A stretch of DNA of 64,000 bases, taken from an uncultured Acidobacteriota bacterium. GTDB taxonomy: Bacteria; Acidobacteriota; Vicinamibacteria; Vicinamibacterales; UBA2999. Positions 19,928 through 29,406 of the stretch are shown here, piece after piece; within the stretch, counting starts at the first letter, position 1; every line of letters starts with the position of its first letter. The stretch lies in assembly GCA_963735875.1 (NCBI GenBank), contig CAVTMO010000010.1:27095-91094 (forward strand). Reading direction: 5' to 3'. The position numbers and the translations under genes are program-made. The notes beneath the pieces were generated by a model. The model saw only the letters and a list, made by a program, of their open reading frames with translations. It was not told where the DNA came from and did no database searches.

Positions 19928-20988
19928 CGACGGCCTCCGAGGAGAGCGGTCGCCAGGGCCGTGCCGCGTACCCGCGCCCGGATCTTGGCGAACGCGGTCT
20001 CACGGCTCGTCGACTGGTCGTCGCTGAACGGGGCGAATCCGCAGTCGTCGGTGGTACCGAGCTGTTCGACCGGAATGAACTCGGCCGCCTCGAGCACGCG
20101 GTCGCGGACCTGCTCGGGCGTCTCGATCCGCGGATCGATCGGAGCGACCACGCCGACGAACACCCGCTGCTGGGGTTTCAGGTGGTCGCGGATGATCCTC
20201 AACACCCGGACCCGGTCGGGCTCGCCGGCGAGGGCGACGTAGAAATGGCCGGCGTTGAGCTCGAACAAGCTGGGAAGCAGTTCGGCGTAGTCGACGTCGG
20301 CGCTGTGCGTCGAATCGCGGTCGCCGCCCGGACAGGTGTGAATCCCGATGCGCTGGCGGTCCTCGGTTGAGAAGCGTGACAGCGCCAGGTTGTTCAGGTC
20401 GATGAAGCTGTGGAGCAGGTGCCCGGACGGATCGATCTTCACCGCCAGACGGCCCTCGGTGAAGTCGATCTGCACTTTGTGTGCGCCCAGGTCGAGGCAG
20501 CGACGGACCTCGGTCTCGTGCTCGCCGAGCAGGTCGTCGATGAACTGGTCGCGCGGGTAGCCGTCGATGCTCCGGTCGGGGTACATCAGGCTCAACGCCG
20601 ACGGCGAGATCACCGCCTGTTTCACCGGCACGGTGGCATGGCGAAGGGCGGCCGCCAGGTAGTGGTCGGCCCGGTGCTGGTAGCGGAACGGGCCGGCGGT
20701 GAGCCGCAACATCCGCCGGACGTGGCCGGCCGAGAACGGAATCTGGAAGCCGTCAGGGGCGGTGTTCGGAAGACCGTGGACGGCATAGGTCCAGAAATTG
20801 TGGTACTTCCGCTGCTCGCCGTCGGTGATCACCGGCGAGCCGGTGGCCTCGAAGGCACGAATCGTCTCGCGAATCGCCTCGTCGTACAACGGCTCGAGCC
20901 GGGGATCGGTCGGGCCGAGGCGGGCCATCGCCTCGATCAATGCCACCGGGCGGGGCAGGCTGCCGATGGGTTCGGTGGGAATGCTCAT
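19924..20988 (-). CDS. Cobalamin-independent methionine synthase II-family protein (MetE C-terminal half only)
   Basis: IGSLPRP, ITDGEQRK, VQID, IHTC, VGVV, TDDCGF; GTGA overlap with the kinase start. Confidence 0.85.
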   Translation of the reverse strand: MSIPTEPIGSLPRPVALIEAMARLGPTDPRLEPLYDEAIRETIRAFEATGSPVITDGEQRKYHNFWTYAVHGLPNTAPDGFQIPFSAGHVRRMLRLTAGPFRYQHRADHYLAAALRHATVPVKQAVISPSALSLMYPDRSIDGYPRDQFIDDLLGEHETEVRRCLDLGAHKVQIDFTEGRLAVKIDPSGHLLHSFIDLNNLALSRFSTEDRQRIGIHTCPGGDRDSTHSADVDYAELLPSLFELNAGHFYVALAGEPDRVRVLRIIRDHLKPQQRVFVGVVAPIDPRIETPEQVRDRVLEAAEFIPVEQLGTTDDCGFAPFSDDQSTSRETAFAKIRARVRGTALATALLGGRR

Positions 20989-21092
20989 GGACACAGCCGG
21001 ACCCGACTCGCCGATTGCAGATCGTCGATCATACTGCGGCCCGCGCCCGATATAGTGGCGACGCTTTCAGGCGTTTGGAGGCGAGGGCGAAC

Positions 21093-22343
21093 ATGGCGAG
21101 GCGGCTCGGCGTCGGGTTCATCGGCAGCGGGTTCATGACGCGGTTCCACATCCGCTCCTGGCTCGGCGTTCGCGACGGCGACGTGCGCGGCGTCTGGAGC
21201 CCCAATCCCACCCATGCCGGCGAGGCGGCGGCGCTGGCCCGCGAGCTGGGCGTCGGCGACGCCGTGGCCCACCCGACGATCGAGGCGATGGTCGAGGATC
21301 CGGCGATCGACTGCCTCTGGATCTGCGGCCCGAACCACACTCGGATCGACAACATGGAGCGCATCGTGGCGGCGCTCGGCCGCGGCGCCAGCCTGGTGGC
21401 GGTGGCGTGCGAGAAGCCGCTCGGACGCAATGCTGCCGAGGCCGCGCGGATGGTCGAGCTCGTCGAGCAGAGCGGGTTGCTGCACGGCTACCTCGAGAAC
21501 CAGCTCTTCGCCCCGGCGGTCGAACGCGGCAAGGCGGTGGCGTGGGCGCGCGGCGCAGCCATGTCCGGACGGCCGTACCTGGCCCGCGCCGCCGAAGAGC
21601 ACGGCGGGCCGCACACGCCATGGTTCTGGCGTGGCGATCTGCAGGGCGGCGGCGTGCTGAACGACATGATGTGCCACAGCCTCGAGGTCGGCCGGTATCT
21701 CCTCACCAAACCGGGCGCACCGCGCCACAGCATCCGTCCGACCGAGGTCTCGGCCCAGATTGCGACCTTGAAATGGAGCCGGCCGGAGTACGCGAGCCTG
21801 CTGCAGGAGATGATGTCGCCGGAGGTGGACTACGCGCGCCATCCGTCGGAGGACTTCGCCCGCGCCACCGTGAAGTACGTCGACGACGACGGACTGCCAC
21901 TGGTCGTCGAGGCCACTACGTCGTGGAGCTTCGTCGGCGCCGGCTTGCGCCTCACCATGGAGCTGATGGGCCCCGAGTACTCGATGTCGAGCAGTACTCT
22001 CGACAACGGCACCAAGGTGTTCCTGTCGCGTCGCCTGCGCGGAATCGCCGGCGAAGACCTGCTCGAGAAGCAGAACGCCGAGCAGGGCCTGATGCCACTC
22101 GTCGGCAACGAGTACGCCGAGTACGGCTACGAGGCGGAAAATCGCGCCTTCGTCACCGCGTTCGCCCATGGCGTCCAGCCGGAGTTGAACTTCCACGCCG
22201 GGCGCGAGGTGACCGAGTTGCTGATGACGTGCTACATGAGCGCGGAACAGGGGCGCGTGATTCGGTGGAAGCCGGACGGCCTGGCGAGTTACGTGCCGCC
22301 GGTGGCCCGGGCGCAGGCCGTGCCACGTAGGACAGCTCTTTAG
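21093..22343 (+). CDS. Gfo/Idh/MocA-family oxidoreductase
   Basis: GFIGSGFM, CEKPLG, GGGVLNDMMCH. Confidence 0.9.
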   Translation: MARRLGVGFIGSGFMTRFHIRSWLGVRDGDVRGVWSPNPTHAGEAAALARELGVGDAVAHPTIEAMVEDPAIDCLWICGPNHTRIDNMERIVAALGRGASLVAVACEKPLGRNAAEAARMVELVEQSGLLHGYLENQLFAPAVERGKAVAWARGAAMSGRPYLARAAEEHGGPHTPWFWRGDLQGGGVLNDMMCHSLEVGRYLLTKPGAPRHSIRPTEVSAQIATLKWSRPEYASLLQEMMSPEVDYARHPSEDFARATVKYVDDDGLPLVVEATTSWSFVGAGLRLTMELMGPEYSMSSSTLDNGTKVFLSRRLRGIAGEDLLEKQNAEQGLMPLVGNEYAEYGYEAENRAFVTAFAHGVQPELNFHAGREVTELLMTCYMSAEQGRVIRWKPDGLASYVPPVARAQAVPRRTAL

Positions 22344-22378
22344 AGCTGCCTCCAGGCAGAGCTGAAGCTCTGCCCTAC
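22327..22378. repeat. GTAG-type REP doublet, copy 1
   Basis: GTAG-GACAGCTC-TTTA-GAGCTGCC-tcca-GGCAGAGC-TGAA-GCTCTGCC-CTAC between convergent genes. Confidence 0.85.
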
Positions 22379-22395
22379 GCGCAATCGAAAACGCT

Positions 22396-23434
22396 CTAGC
22401 CGCGCGCGACGGTGAGTGCGGTGCGGCGCCGTGGCGCGCCGGTGGTCGAGCGCATGATGAGCGCGTGCGGCAGGGTCACCGAGACCGCGTCCTTGACGTT
22501 GCCGCGCAGGATGTCGAGCAGCAGCCGCACCGTGGCCTCGCCCAGCTCGCGCATCGGCTGCCGGATCGTCGTCAGCGGCGGATCGAGGTACTGCGCGAAC
22601 CGGATGTCGTCGAAGCCGACGACCGAGACGTCGTCGGGCACGGCCAGCCGGCGCTGCCGCACGGTGTGGAGCACGCCGATGGCCATCTCGTCGTTGAAGC
22701 AGAAGATGCCGGTGGGCGGCCGCGCCCCGCCGAGCAGCTGCTCGCCCGCGGCGATGCCCGACTCGATCGAGAAGTCGCCACCGGCAACGGTGATCGTCAC
22801 GCGGCGTCCGGTCGCGGTTGGCGCGGGCCATCGTGCCCTTCATGCGATCGCGGCTGAGCGGGCTGGCCATCGGGCCGGTGACGACGCCGATGTGGCGGTG
22901 TCCCAGCTGGCACAGGTGATCCACCGCCTCGAAGGCCGCCTTGGCGTTGTCGATGTGCACGCTCGGCACCCCCAGGCTGGGGCTGAACTCGCAGCCGTTC
23001 ACCACCGGCGCCTGGCCATGGGGCAGCGACCGCACCAGGCCCGCCGCCGCCTTCGGCAGCCGGTGACCGAGGAAGATCAGGCCGTCGGCTTCGCGGCGCT
23101 GCAGCATGAGCGCGTACTGCTGCTCGCGCTTCTCGTCGTGCTGGGTGTCGCCGAGCAGCACCGAATACCCGGCGCGCTGCGCAGCGCCCTCGATTCCCTG
23201 CAGGATCACCGCGAAGAACGGGTTGGCGATGTCGGGCACGGTGACCAGCAGCTTGCCGGAACGCAGGGTGCGCAGGCTCTTGGCGGCGGCGTTGGGGGTG
23301 TAGCCCAGCGCGTCGATGGCCTCCACGACCGCGGCCCGGGTGGCGGCGTTCACGAGCTCGGGCCGGGTCAGCACCCGCGACACGGTGGCCGTCGAGACTC
23401 CCGCCTCCCGTGCCACGTCCCGAATCGTCGCCAT
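22396..23434 (-). CDS. LacI-family transcriptional regulator (frameshift near 22800)
   Basis: ATIRDVAREAGVSTATVSRVL HTH; VPDIANPFF; FNDEMAIG, VSVVGFDDI, PPLTTIRQP in the second frame. Confidence 0.93.
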
Positions 23435-23460
23435 TGGCGCTAATCCTAGTCCTTGGCGCG

Positions 23461-23491
23461 CCCCAGCCCCCAGTCCCTAGCCCCCAGCCCC
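23461..23491. repeat. Tandem heptamer repeat CCC(C/T)AG(C/T)
   Basis: CCCCAGC-CCCCAGT-CCCTAGC-CCCCAGC-CCC in the lacI intergenic region. Confidence 0.8.
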
Positions 23492-23538
23492 GCCGAGGGG
23501 CAACGCCCGGAGGCTCTGTCCGGTTCGTCACTAGGATG

Positions 23539-23567
23539 TTGCGTAGCCCCGAGGCCCGTGGTATAAG
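23539..23567 (+). promoter_or_regulatory. Sigma70 promoter of the sugar operon
   Basis: TTGCGT-N17-TATAAG with extended -10 TG. Confidence 0.7.
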
Positions 23568-23573
23568 GCGCGC

Positions 23574-23609
23574 TGAAAACGATTACACGCCTTTTTGGTA
23601 TTGATTACA
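23574..23609 (+). promoter_or_regulatory. Tandem LacI-type operators
   Basis: TGAAAACGATTACA (23574-23587, central CG dyad) and weaker TGGTATTGATTACA (23596-23609), just downstream of the -10 box and next to the divergent lacI. Confidence 0.75.
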
Positions 23610-23640
23610 TGGCGTCGATACCGGAAGGCCTGACGAGGCC

Positions 23641-24607
23641 ATGAAACTCGGTCTGTTCACCCCGGTGTTCGGGAAGCTGGCCTTCCCGGAGATGCTCGCC
23701 GCCGTGCGCGGCCTGCGCCACGTCGCGGCGGTGGAGCTCGGCACCGGCGGCTGGCCGGGGCGGGCGCACATCGACCCCGACCGGCTGCTCGCCTGCCCGA
23801 ACGACGCCAGAGACCTACCGGCGGCAGCTCGAGGACGCCGGATTGACGATCAGCGCGCTGTCGTGCCACGGCAACCCGCTCCACCCGGATCGCGCGCGCG
23901 CGGCGACCGACGACGGGACGTTCCGCACCACCGTGCGCCTGGCCGAACAGCTCGAGGTGCCGGTGGTCGTGACCTTCTCGGGGTGTCCCGGCGACGGTGA
24001 GGATGCGGCCCATCCCAACTGGGTGACCGCGCCCTGGCCGCCGGAATACCTCGAGGTGCTCGACTGGCAGTGGGAGCAGCGCGCCATCCCGTATTGGCAG
24101 GAGGCGACGAGGTTTGCCGCCGACCACGGCGTGAAGGTGGCGCTCGAGCCCCACCCGGGGTTCCTGGTCTACAACGTGGACACGGCGTTGAGGCTGCGCG
24201 CCGCCGCCGGACCCGGCCTGGGCGTCAACTTCGATCCGAGCCACCTCTACTGGCAGGGCATGGATCCGGTGGTGGTGGTGCAGGCGCTGGGCGACGCCAT
24301 CTTCCACGTCCACGCCAAGGACGTCGCCCTCCACCCTGGCAACGTCGCCGTCAACGGCGTGCTCGACGCGAAGAGTTACCGCCGCCTCGGCGAGCGCTCA
24401 TGGCTCTTCCGCACCGTCGGCTGGGGCCACGACGAACTGGCCTGGAAGCAGATCGTCAGCGCGCTGCGGCTCGCCGGCTACGACTACGTGATGAGCATCG
24501 AGCACGAGGACGCCCTGGCCTCGATCGACGAAGGGCTGCGGTCGGCAGTGAACCTGCTCCACCGCGTCATCCTGAACGAGCCGCCGGCCGACGCGTGGTG
24601 GACCTAG
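23641..24607 (+). CDS. Sugar-phosphate isomerase/epimerase (AP-endonuclease-2 TIM barrel); frameshift near 23810
   Basis: ELGTGGWPG, SCHGNPLHPD, LEPHPG, NFDPSHLYWQG, HVHAKD, FRTVG, SIEHED. Confidence 0.9.
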
Positions 24608-24611
24608 GACC

Positions 24612-25847
24612 ATGCCGACCACCACGCGTCTCAAGCTCTCTGTGCTGATGTTCCTGCAGTACTTCGTGTGGGGCGCGTGGTACGTGACGATGGGCACCTG
24701 GCTCGGCGAGACGCTGAAGTTCTCGGGCGAGCAGATCGGCCTGGCCTACGGCACCACGGCCCTGGCGGCGATGATCTCGCCGTTCTTCGTCGGCATGGTC
24801 GCCGACCGCTTCTTCGCCACCGAGCGGCTGCTGGCCGTGCTGCACCTGGCCGGCGCGGTGGGGCTGTTCCTGGCCTCCACGCAGACCGCGTTCGCTCCGC
24901 TGTACACCGTGCTGCTCGCCTACACGCTGTGCTTCATGCCGACGCTGGCGCTCAGCAACTCGCTGTCGTTCCGCCAGATGCGCGACCCCGGGAGCGAGTT
25001 CCCGGGCGTGCGCGTCCTCGGGACGATCGGGTGGATCGTGGCCGGCCTGACCATCGGCACGCTGGGGCTCGAGGCCACCGCGGCGCCGCTGCGGCTGGCG
25101 GCGGCGGCCTCGGTCCTGCTCGGCCTGTTCTCGTTCGCCCTGCCGCACACCCCGCCGCTCAAGCTCGGGCACCGGCCTACCCTCGGCGACGTGCTGGGCC
25201 TCGAGGCGCTCCAGTTGATGCGCGATCGCTCGTTCGCGATCTTCGTCCTCGGCTCGTTCCTGGTGTGCATTCCGCTGCAGTTCTACTACGCGTTCACCAA
25301 CCCCTTCCTGAACGAGATCGGCGTGGTGAACGCCGCCGGCAAGATGACCCTCGGCCAGATGTCCGAGATCGGCTTCATGCTGGTGATGCCCTGGTTCTTC
25401 CGCCGCCTCGGCGTGAAGTACATGCTGCTGGTCGGCATGGCGGCGTGGACGGCGCGCTACGTGCTGTTCGCGCTGGGCGACAACGGCGCGCTGGTGTGGA
25501 TGCTCTACGCCGGCATCCTGCTGCACGGCATCTGCTACGACTTCTTCTTCGTCACCGGCCAGATCTACGTCGATACCAAGGCGCCGGGACACCTGCGGGC
25601 GGCGGCCCAGGGCTTCATCGCCTTCGTGACACTGGGCGTCGGCATGTTCATCGGCTCGTGGCTGTCGGGACTCGTCGTCGATCGGTTCAGCATCGCCGGC
25701 GCGGCCGGCGTGCAGCATGCGTGGCGCGAGATCTGGCTGGTGCCGGCGGTGGGCGCCGGCGCCGTGCTGCTGCTCTTCGCGCTGTTCTTTCGTACGGGCA
25801 GGGAGGACGCCGTCCCCGCGGCGGTCGGAGAACACGCGGGCGGTTAG
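24612..25847 (+). CDS. Nucleoside:H+ symporter-family MFS permease (NupG/YegT-like)
   Basis: MFLQYFVWGAW, RVLGTIGWI, GQMSE, HGICYDFFFVTGQIY. Confidence 0.9.
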   Translation: MPTTTRLKLSVLMFLQYFVWGAWYVTMGTWLGETLKFSGEQIGLAYGTTALAAMISPFFVGMVADRFFATERLLAVLHLAGAVGLFLASTQTAFAPLYTVLLAYTLCFMPTLALSNSLSFRQMRDPGSEFPGVRVLGTIGWIVAGLTIGTLGLEATAAPLRLAAAASVLLGLFSFALPHTPPLKLGHRPTLGDVLGLEALQLMRDRSFAIFVLGSFLVCIPLQFYYAFTNPFLNEIGVVNAAGKMTLGQMSEIGFMLVMPWFFRRLGVKYMLLVGMAAWTARYVLFALGDNGALVWMLYAGILLHGICYDFFFVTGQIYVDTKAPGHLRAAAQGFIAFVTLGVGMFIGSWLSGLVVDRFSIAGAAGVQHAWREIWLVPAVGAGAVLLLFALFFRTGREDAVPAAVGEHAGG

Positions 25848-25931
25848 GGCCCATCTGCCGGACGGGCGGGTCCAGGCGCACAGGACCAGGCGCGACCGGC
25901 GGAGGAGGGTGGCTCTTCAAGGGAGGCAGTG

Positions 25932-28900
25932 ATGACCAGGACGATGAACTCTGTCCGGCTCGCCGTACTCGCGACCGTCTGCTGGTCGGCGGCGATGGGA
26001 GCCGCACACGCGCAGGTCACCACGGCGGACGTGGTGGGCCGGGTGACCGACAGCAGCGGCGCGGCGATGCCCGGGGTGGCGGTGACGATCACCAATCCGG
26101 CCACCGGCGAGACCCGCACGCAGGTGACCAGTGAGACCGGCGACTACACCTTCGGCCTCGTGCCCATCGGGAGCTACACGGTCAAGTTCGAGCTGGCCGG
26201 CTTCAATCCTTACGCCGCCTCGATGCGGCTCTCCGCCGGCGACCGCCAGCGTGTGAACGCGCAACTGGCGGTGGGCACGCTCAGCGAGAACATCACGGTG
26301 ACGGCGCAGTCGCCGATCATCCAGTCCGACAGTGCCACGGTGGGCGCGCTGCTGCCTGAGACGGCGGTGCAGGACCTGCCGCTCAACGGCCGCAACGTCA
26401 TCGGGCTGGTGCGCGGGCTGCCCGGGGCCAACGAGGGCCTGCCCAACTCGCTGTCGAGCGGCAACCGGCCCGACGATCGCCGGCAGACGTCGACCGTCTC
26501 GGTCAACGGCCAGAACGACGTCCTCAACAACAACCTGATCGACGGCATGGACAACAACGAGCGCTTCATCGGCACGATCGGCGTCCGGCCGTCGGTCGAC
26601 GCCATCGCCGAGGTGAAGGTCCAGACCAACATGTACACCGCCGAGACCGGCCGTACCGCCGGCGCGGTGGTGAACATCCTCACCAAGTCGGGCACCAACG
26701 ACTACCACGGCTCGGGCTACGGGTTCTTCCGCAACGAGAAGTACGACGCCTACGAGTACTTCGCCCGCCGCGACCAGCCCAAGCCCCGGCTGCGGCAGCA
26801 GCAGTGGGGCGGCAGTTTCGGCGGCCGCCTCATCAGGAACAAGACGTTCTTCTTCGCCGACTACGAGCGCTACCACCAGGAGCGCGGGGTTACCTTCGTG
26901 AGCACCGTGCCGACGCCGGCGATGAAGAACGGCGACTTCTCGGAGCTGGCCAGCCGCGGCATCGCCATCTACGATCCGCTGACCTCGCCGCGGGTGCCCT
27001 TCCCCAACAACATCATCCCGACCAACCGCATCGACCCGGTGGCGCAGCGGTTCCTGAATCTGTACCCGACGCCGTCGGCGCCCGGGCTGGGCAGCAACTT
27101 CACCACCACGGTGAACCGCGAGCAGACCTCGGACACCTTCGACGTGCGGCTCGACCACCGCTTCACCGACACCCGCCAGATCTACGTGCGTTACTCGGAC
27201 AACGGCGTCGAGACGCTGGTGCCCGGCGTGTTCGGCATCGTCAACGGCATCGACCCGGGTGGCTCGGCGGCCGGCTTCGGCGGCCCGTCGCTGGCCGACG
27301 CCTGGGGCCTCCACGCCAACTACCTGGAGATCATCCGCCCGACGCTGCTCTTCGAGGTGAAGGCCGGGAAGCTGTACTTCAACACCGATTCGCTGCCCGA
27401 GACCTTCGGCCAGAACGTGGCCACCGAGTACGGCCTGCAGGGCATCAACATCGACGCCCGGACGTCGGGCCTGCCCAACTTCGCCGTCGCCGGCTACACG
27501 ACGCTGGGCGACCCCCGCTTCGTGCCGATCTTCCTCAAGAACGACAGCTGGCAGGCGCAGGCGGCGCTCACCAACGTCCGCGGCGCGCACAACCTCAAGG
27601 CCGGCGTCGCGGTGGTGCGCCGGACGATGTCGCCGATCCAGAGCAACGACGGCACCGGGCTCTACACCTTCACCGCGGGCCCGACCAACAACGGCGCCGG
27701 CGGCGGCGGCGACGCGGCCGCGGCCTTCCTGCTCGGCTACCCGTTCACGGTGGCACGCGCCCACCTGGTGGTCGATACCGCGCTCAACACCTGGGAACCG
27801 AGCCTGTTCTTCCAGGACGACTGGCGCGCCAGTGATTGGCTGACCTTGAACCTCGGCCTGCGCTACGACATCTTCACGCCGTTCACCGAGGAAGACGGCG
27901 AGATCTCCAACCTCGACATCAACACGCTGCAGTTCCTCATCCCGGGCGAGAACGGCGCCAGCGACAGCGCCGGGGTGGAGACGGACTACGGCAACATCGC
28001 GCCGCGGTTCGGCTTTGCGGCCACGGTGCGCGAGGGCACCGTGGTGCGCGGCGGCTACGGGCTGAGCTTCTTCCCGTCGTCGATGGCGTCCAACGCAGTG
28101 CTGCGCAACACCCCGTTCACCTTCACCTACGCCGCGACCAGCACGGCGGGGTCGGGTGGCGTCCCGAACGTGTTCTTCTCCACGCCCCTGCCGACGCCCA
28201 CCCAGGGCACCCCCGCCGTGGCCGGGACGATCGCGGCCGTCGACACCGATCTGAAGTCGAGCTATCTCCATCAGTACAACGTGATGGTCGAGCAGGAGCT
28301 CTGGGGCGGCTCGGTGACGGCGGGCTACGTCGGCTCGAGGGGGCGCCGGATGTGGATGGGGATCCCGAACCTCAATTACGCACCGGCAGGAGCGGGCGCC
28401 ATCAACCCCCGGCGCTACTACGCGGGCGCGGCCCCGAACCTGACCACGCTCGGCATGCTGCGCAGCGCCGGCCAGCAGGACTACAACGCGATGCAGCTGG
28501 CGTTCACGCGCCGCTCGCGGGGCGGGCTGACCTTCGCGGCCAACTACACGCTGGCCAAGGGCATGAGCGACGTCACCCAGCCGGGCGGCGGCGGAGCGGG
28601 GCAGGCCTACGGCGTCGATCCAACCCGGATCCACGAGCTCGAGTGGAGCCCGAGCGACATCGACATCCGCCACCGCTACGCCTTCTCGCTCAACTACGAC
28701 CTGCCGTTCGGCCGCGACGCCACCGGCGCGCTCCACTTTCTCCTCGCCGACTGGCAGGTCAATCTCCTCGCCTACTGGCAGAGCGGGTTGCCCTTTACCG
28801 TGTTCAACACCACCGCGCGCAGCAACACCGGCGCCGGCCAGGATCGCCCCAACCAGACCTGCTCGGGCGAGCTCGACGACCCGACCATCAACCAGTGGTT

Positions 28901-29183
28901 CGACACGTCGTGCTTCGTCGGCCAGGAAATCAACACCATCGGCAACTCCGGCCGCAACAACCTCTACGGGCCGCCGCAGCGGCGCGCCGACATGTCGCTG
29001 TTCAAGGACGTCGTGTTCGGAACGCACCGCCTGCAGCTGCGGCTGGAGGTCTTCAACGTGACCAACACGCCGAGCTTCGCCGTGCCCGACGGCGGCCTCG
29101 GCTCGGCCACCTTCGGCCGGATCACCTCGACCGGCAACAACATCCCGCGGCAATTCCAATTTGCTGCGAAGTACCTCTTCTAG
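25932..29183 (+). CDS. Oar-like TonB-dependent receptor with carboxypeptidase-regulatory N-domain
   Basis: GRVTDSSGA, DLPLNGRN, FFQDDWR...LTLNLGLRYD, IAPRFGFA, terminal QFAAKYLF. Confidence 0.93.
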   Translation: MTRTMNSVRLAVLATVCWSAAMGAAHAQVTTADVVGRVTDSSGAAMPGVAVTITNPATGETRTQVTSETGDYTFGLVPIGSYTVKFELAGFNPYAASMRLSAGDRQRVNAQLAVGTLSENITVTAQSPIIQSDSATVGALLPETAVQDLPLNGRNVIGLVRGLPGANEGLPNSLSSGNRPDDRRQTSTVSVNGQNDVLNNNLIDGMDNNERFIGTIGVRPSVDAIAEVKVQTNMYTAETGRTAGAVVNILTKSGTNDYHGSGYGFFRNEKYDAYEYFARRDQPKPRLRQQQWGGSFGGRLIRNKTFFFADYERYHQERGVTFVSTVPTPAMKNGDFSELASRGIAIYDPLTSPRVPFPNNIIPTNRIDPVAQRFLNLYPTPSAPGLGSNFTTTVNREQTSDTFDVRLDHRFTDTRQIYVRYSDNGVETLVPGVFGIVNGIDPGGSAAGFGGPSLADAWGLHANYLEIIRPTLLFEVKAGKLYFNTDSLPETFGQNVATEYGLQGINIDARTSGLPNFAVAGYTTLGDPRFVPIFLKNDSWQAQAALTNVRGAHNLKAGVAVVRRTMSPIQSNDGTGLYTFTAGPTNNGAGGGGDAAAAFLLGYPFTVARAHLVVDTALNTWEPSLFFQDDWRASDWLTLNLGLRYDIFTPFTEEDGEISNLDINTLQFLIPGENGASDSAGVETDYGNIAPRFGFAATVREGTVVRGGYGLSFFPSSMASNAVLRNTPFTFTYAATSTAGSGGVPNVFFSTPLPTPTQGTPAVAGTIAAVDTDLKSSYLHQYNVMVEQELWGGSVTAGYVGSRGRRMWMGIPNLNYAPAGAGAINPRRYYAGAAPNLTTLGMLRSAGQQDYNAMQLAFTRRSRGGLTFAANYTLAKGMSDVTQPGGGGAGQAYGVDPTRIHELEWSPSDIDIRHRYAFSLNYDLPFGRDATGALHFLLADWQVNLLAYWQSGLPFTVFNTTARSNTGAGQDRPNQTCSGELDDPTINQWFDTSCFVGQEINTIGNSGRNNLYGPPQRRADMSLFKDVVFGTHRLQLRLEVFNVTNTPSFAVPDGGLGSATFGRITSTGNNIPRQFQFAAKYLF

Positions 29184-29351
29184 GGCTGGGGCTGGGGGCT
29201 AGGGGCTGGGGCTGGGGACTGGGGCGTGCCGATATCACGCGGCGCATCGCGTGCGCATTGCGCTCGGCGCTGCACAAGCCCTGCTCGTAGGGTGCATCAC
29301 TTGTTAGCGTTACGCTGCGAGCCCTAGTCCCCAGCCCCCAGCCCCCAGCCC
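29181..29351. repeat. Inverted pair of GGGGCTG/GGGGCTA heptamer tracts
   Basis: G-rich tract at 29181-29224 and complementary C-rich tract at 29321-29351, about 95 bp apart. Confidence 0.8.
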
Positions 29352-29406
29352 ACCGCCCCGAGCGGGGCCCGGCCGAGCTATCGTTGTGGTGCGCGAAGGA
29401 GTGGCC

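Noticed and set aside
25917-29159. 1080-aa minus-strand ORF, and similar long ORFs such as 49076-52066 and 29122-31122
   Set aside because: Stop-poor antisense or off-frame ORFs expected at high GC; no motifs, and they overlap well-supported genes.
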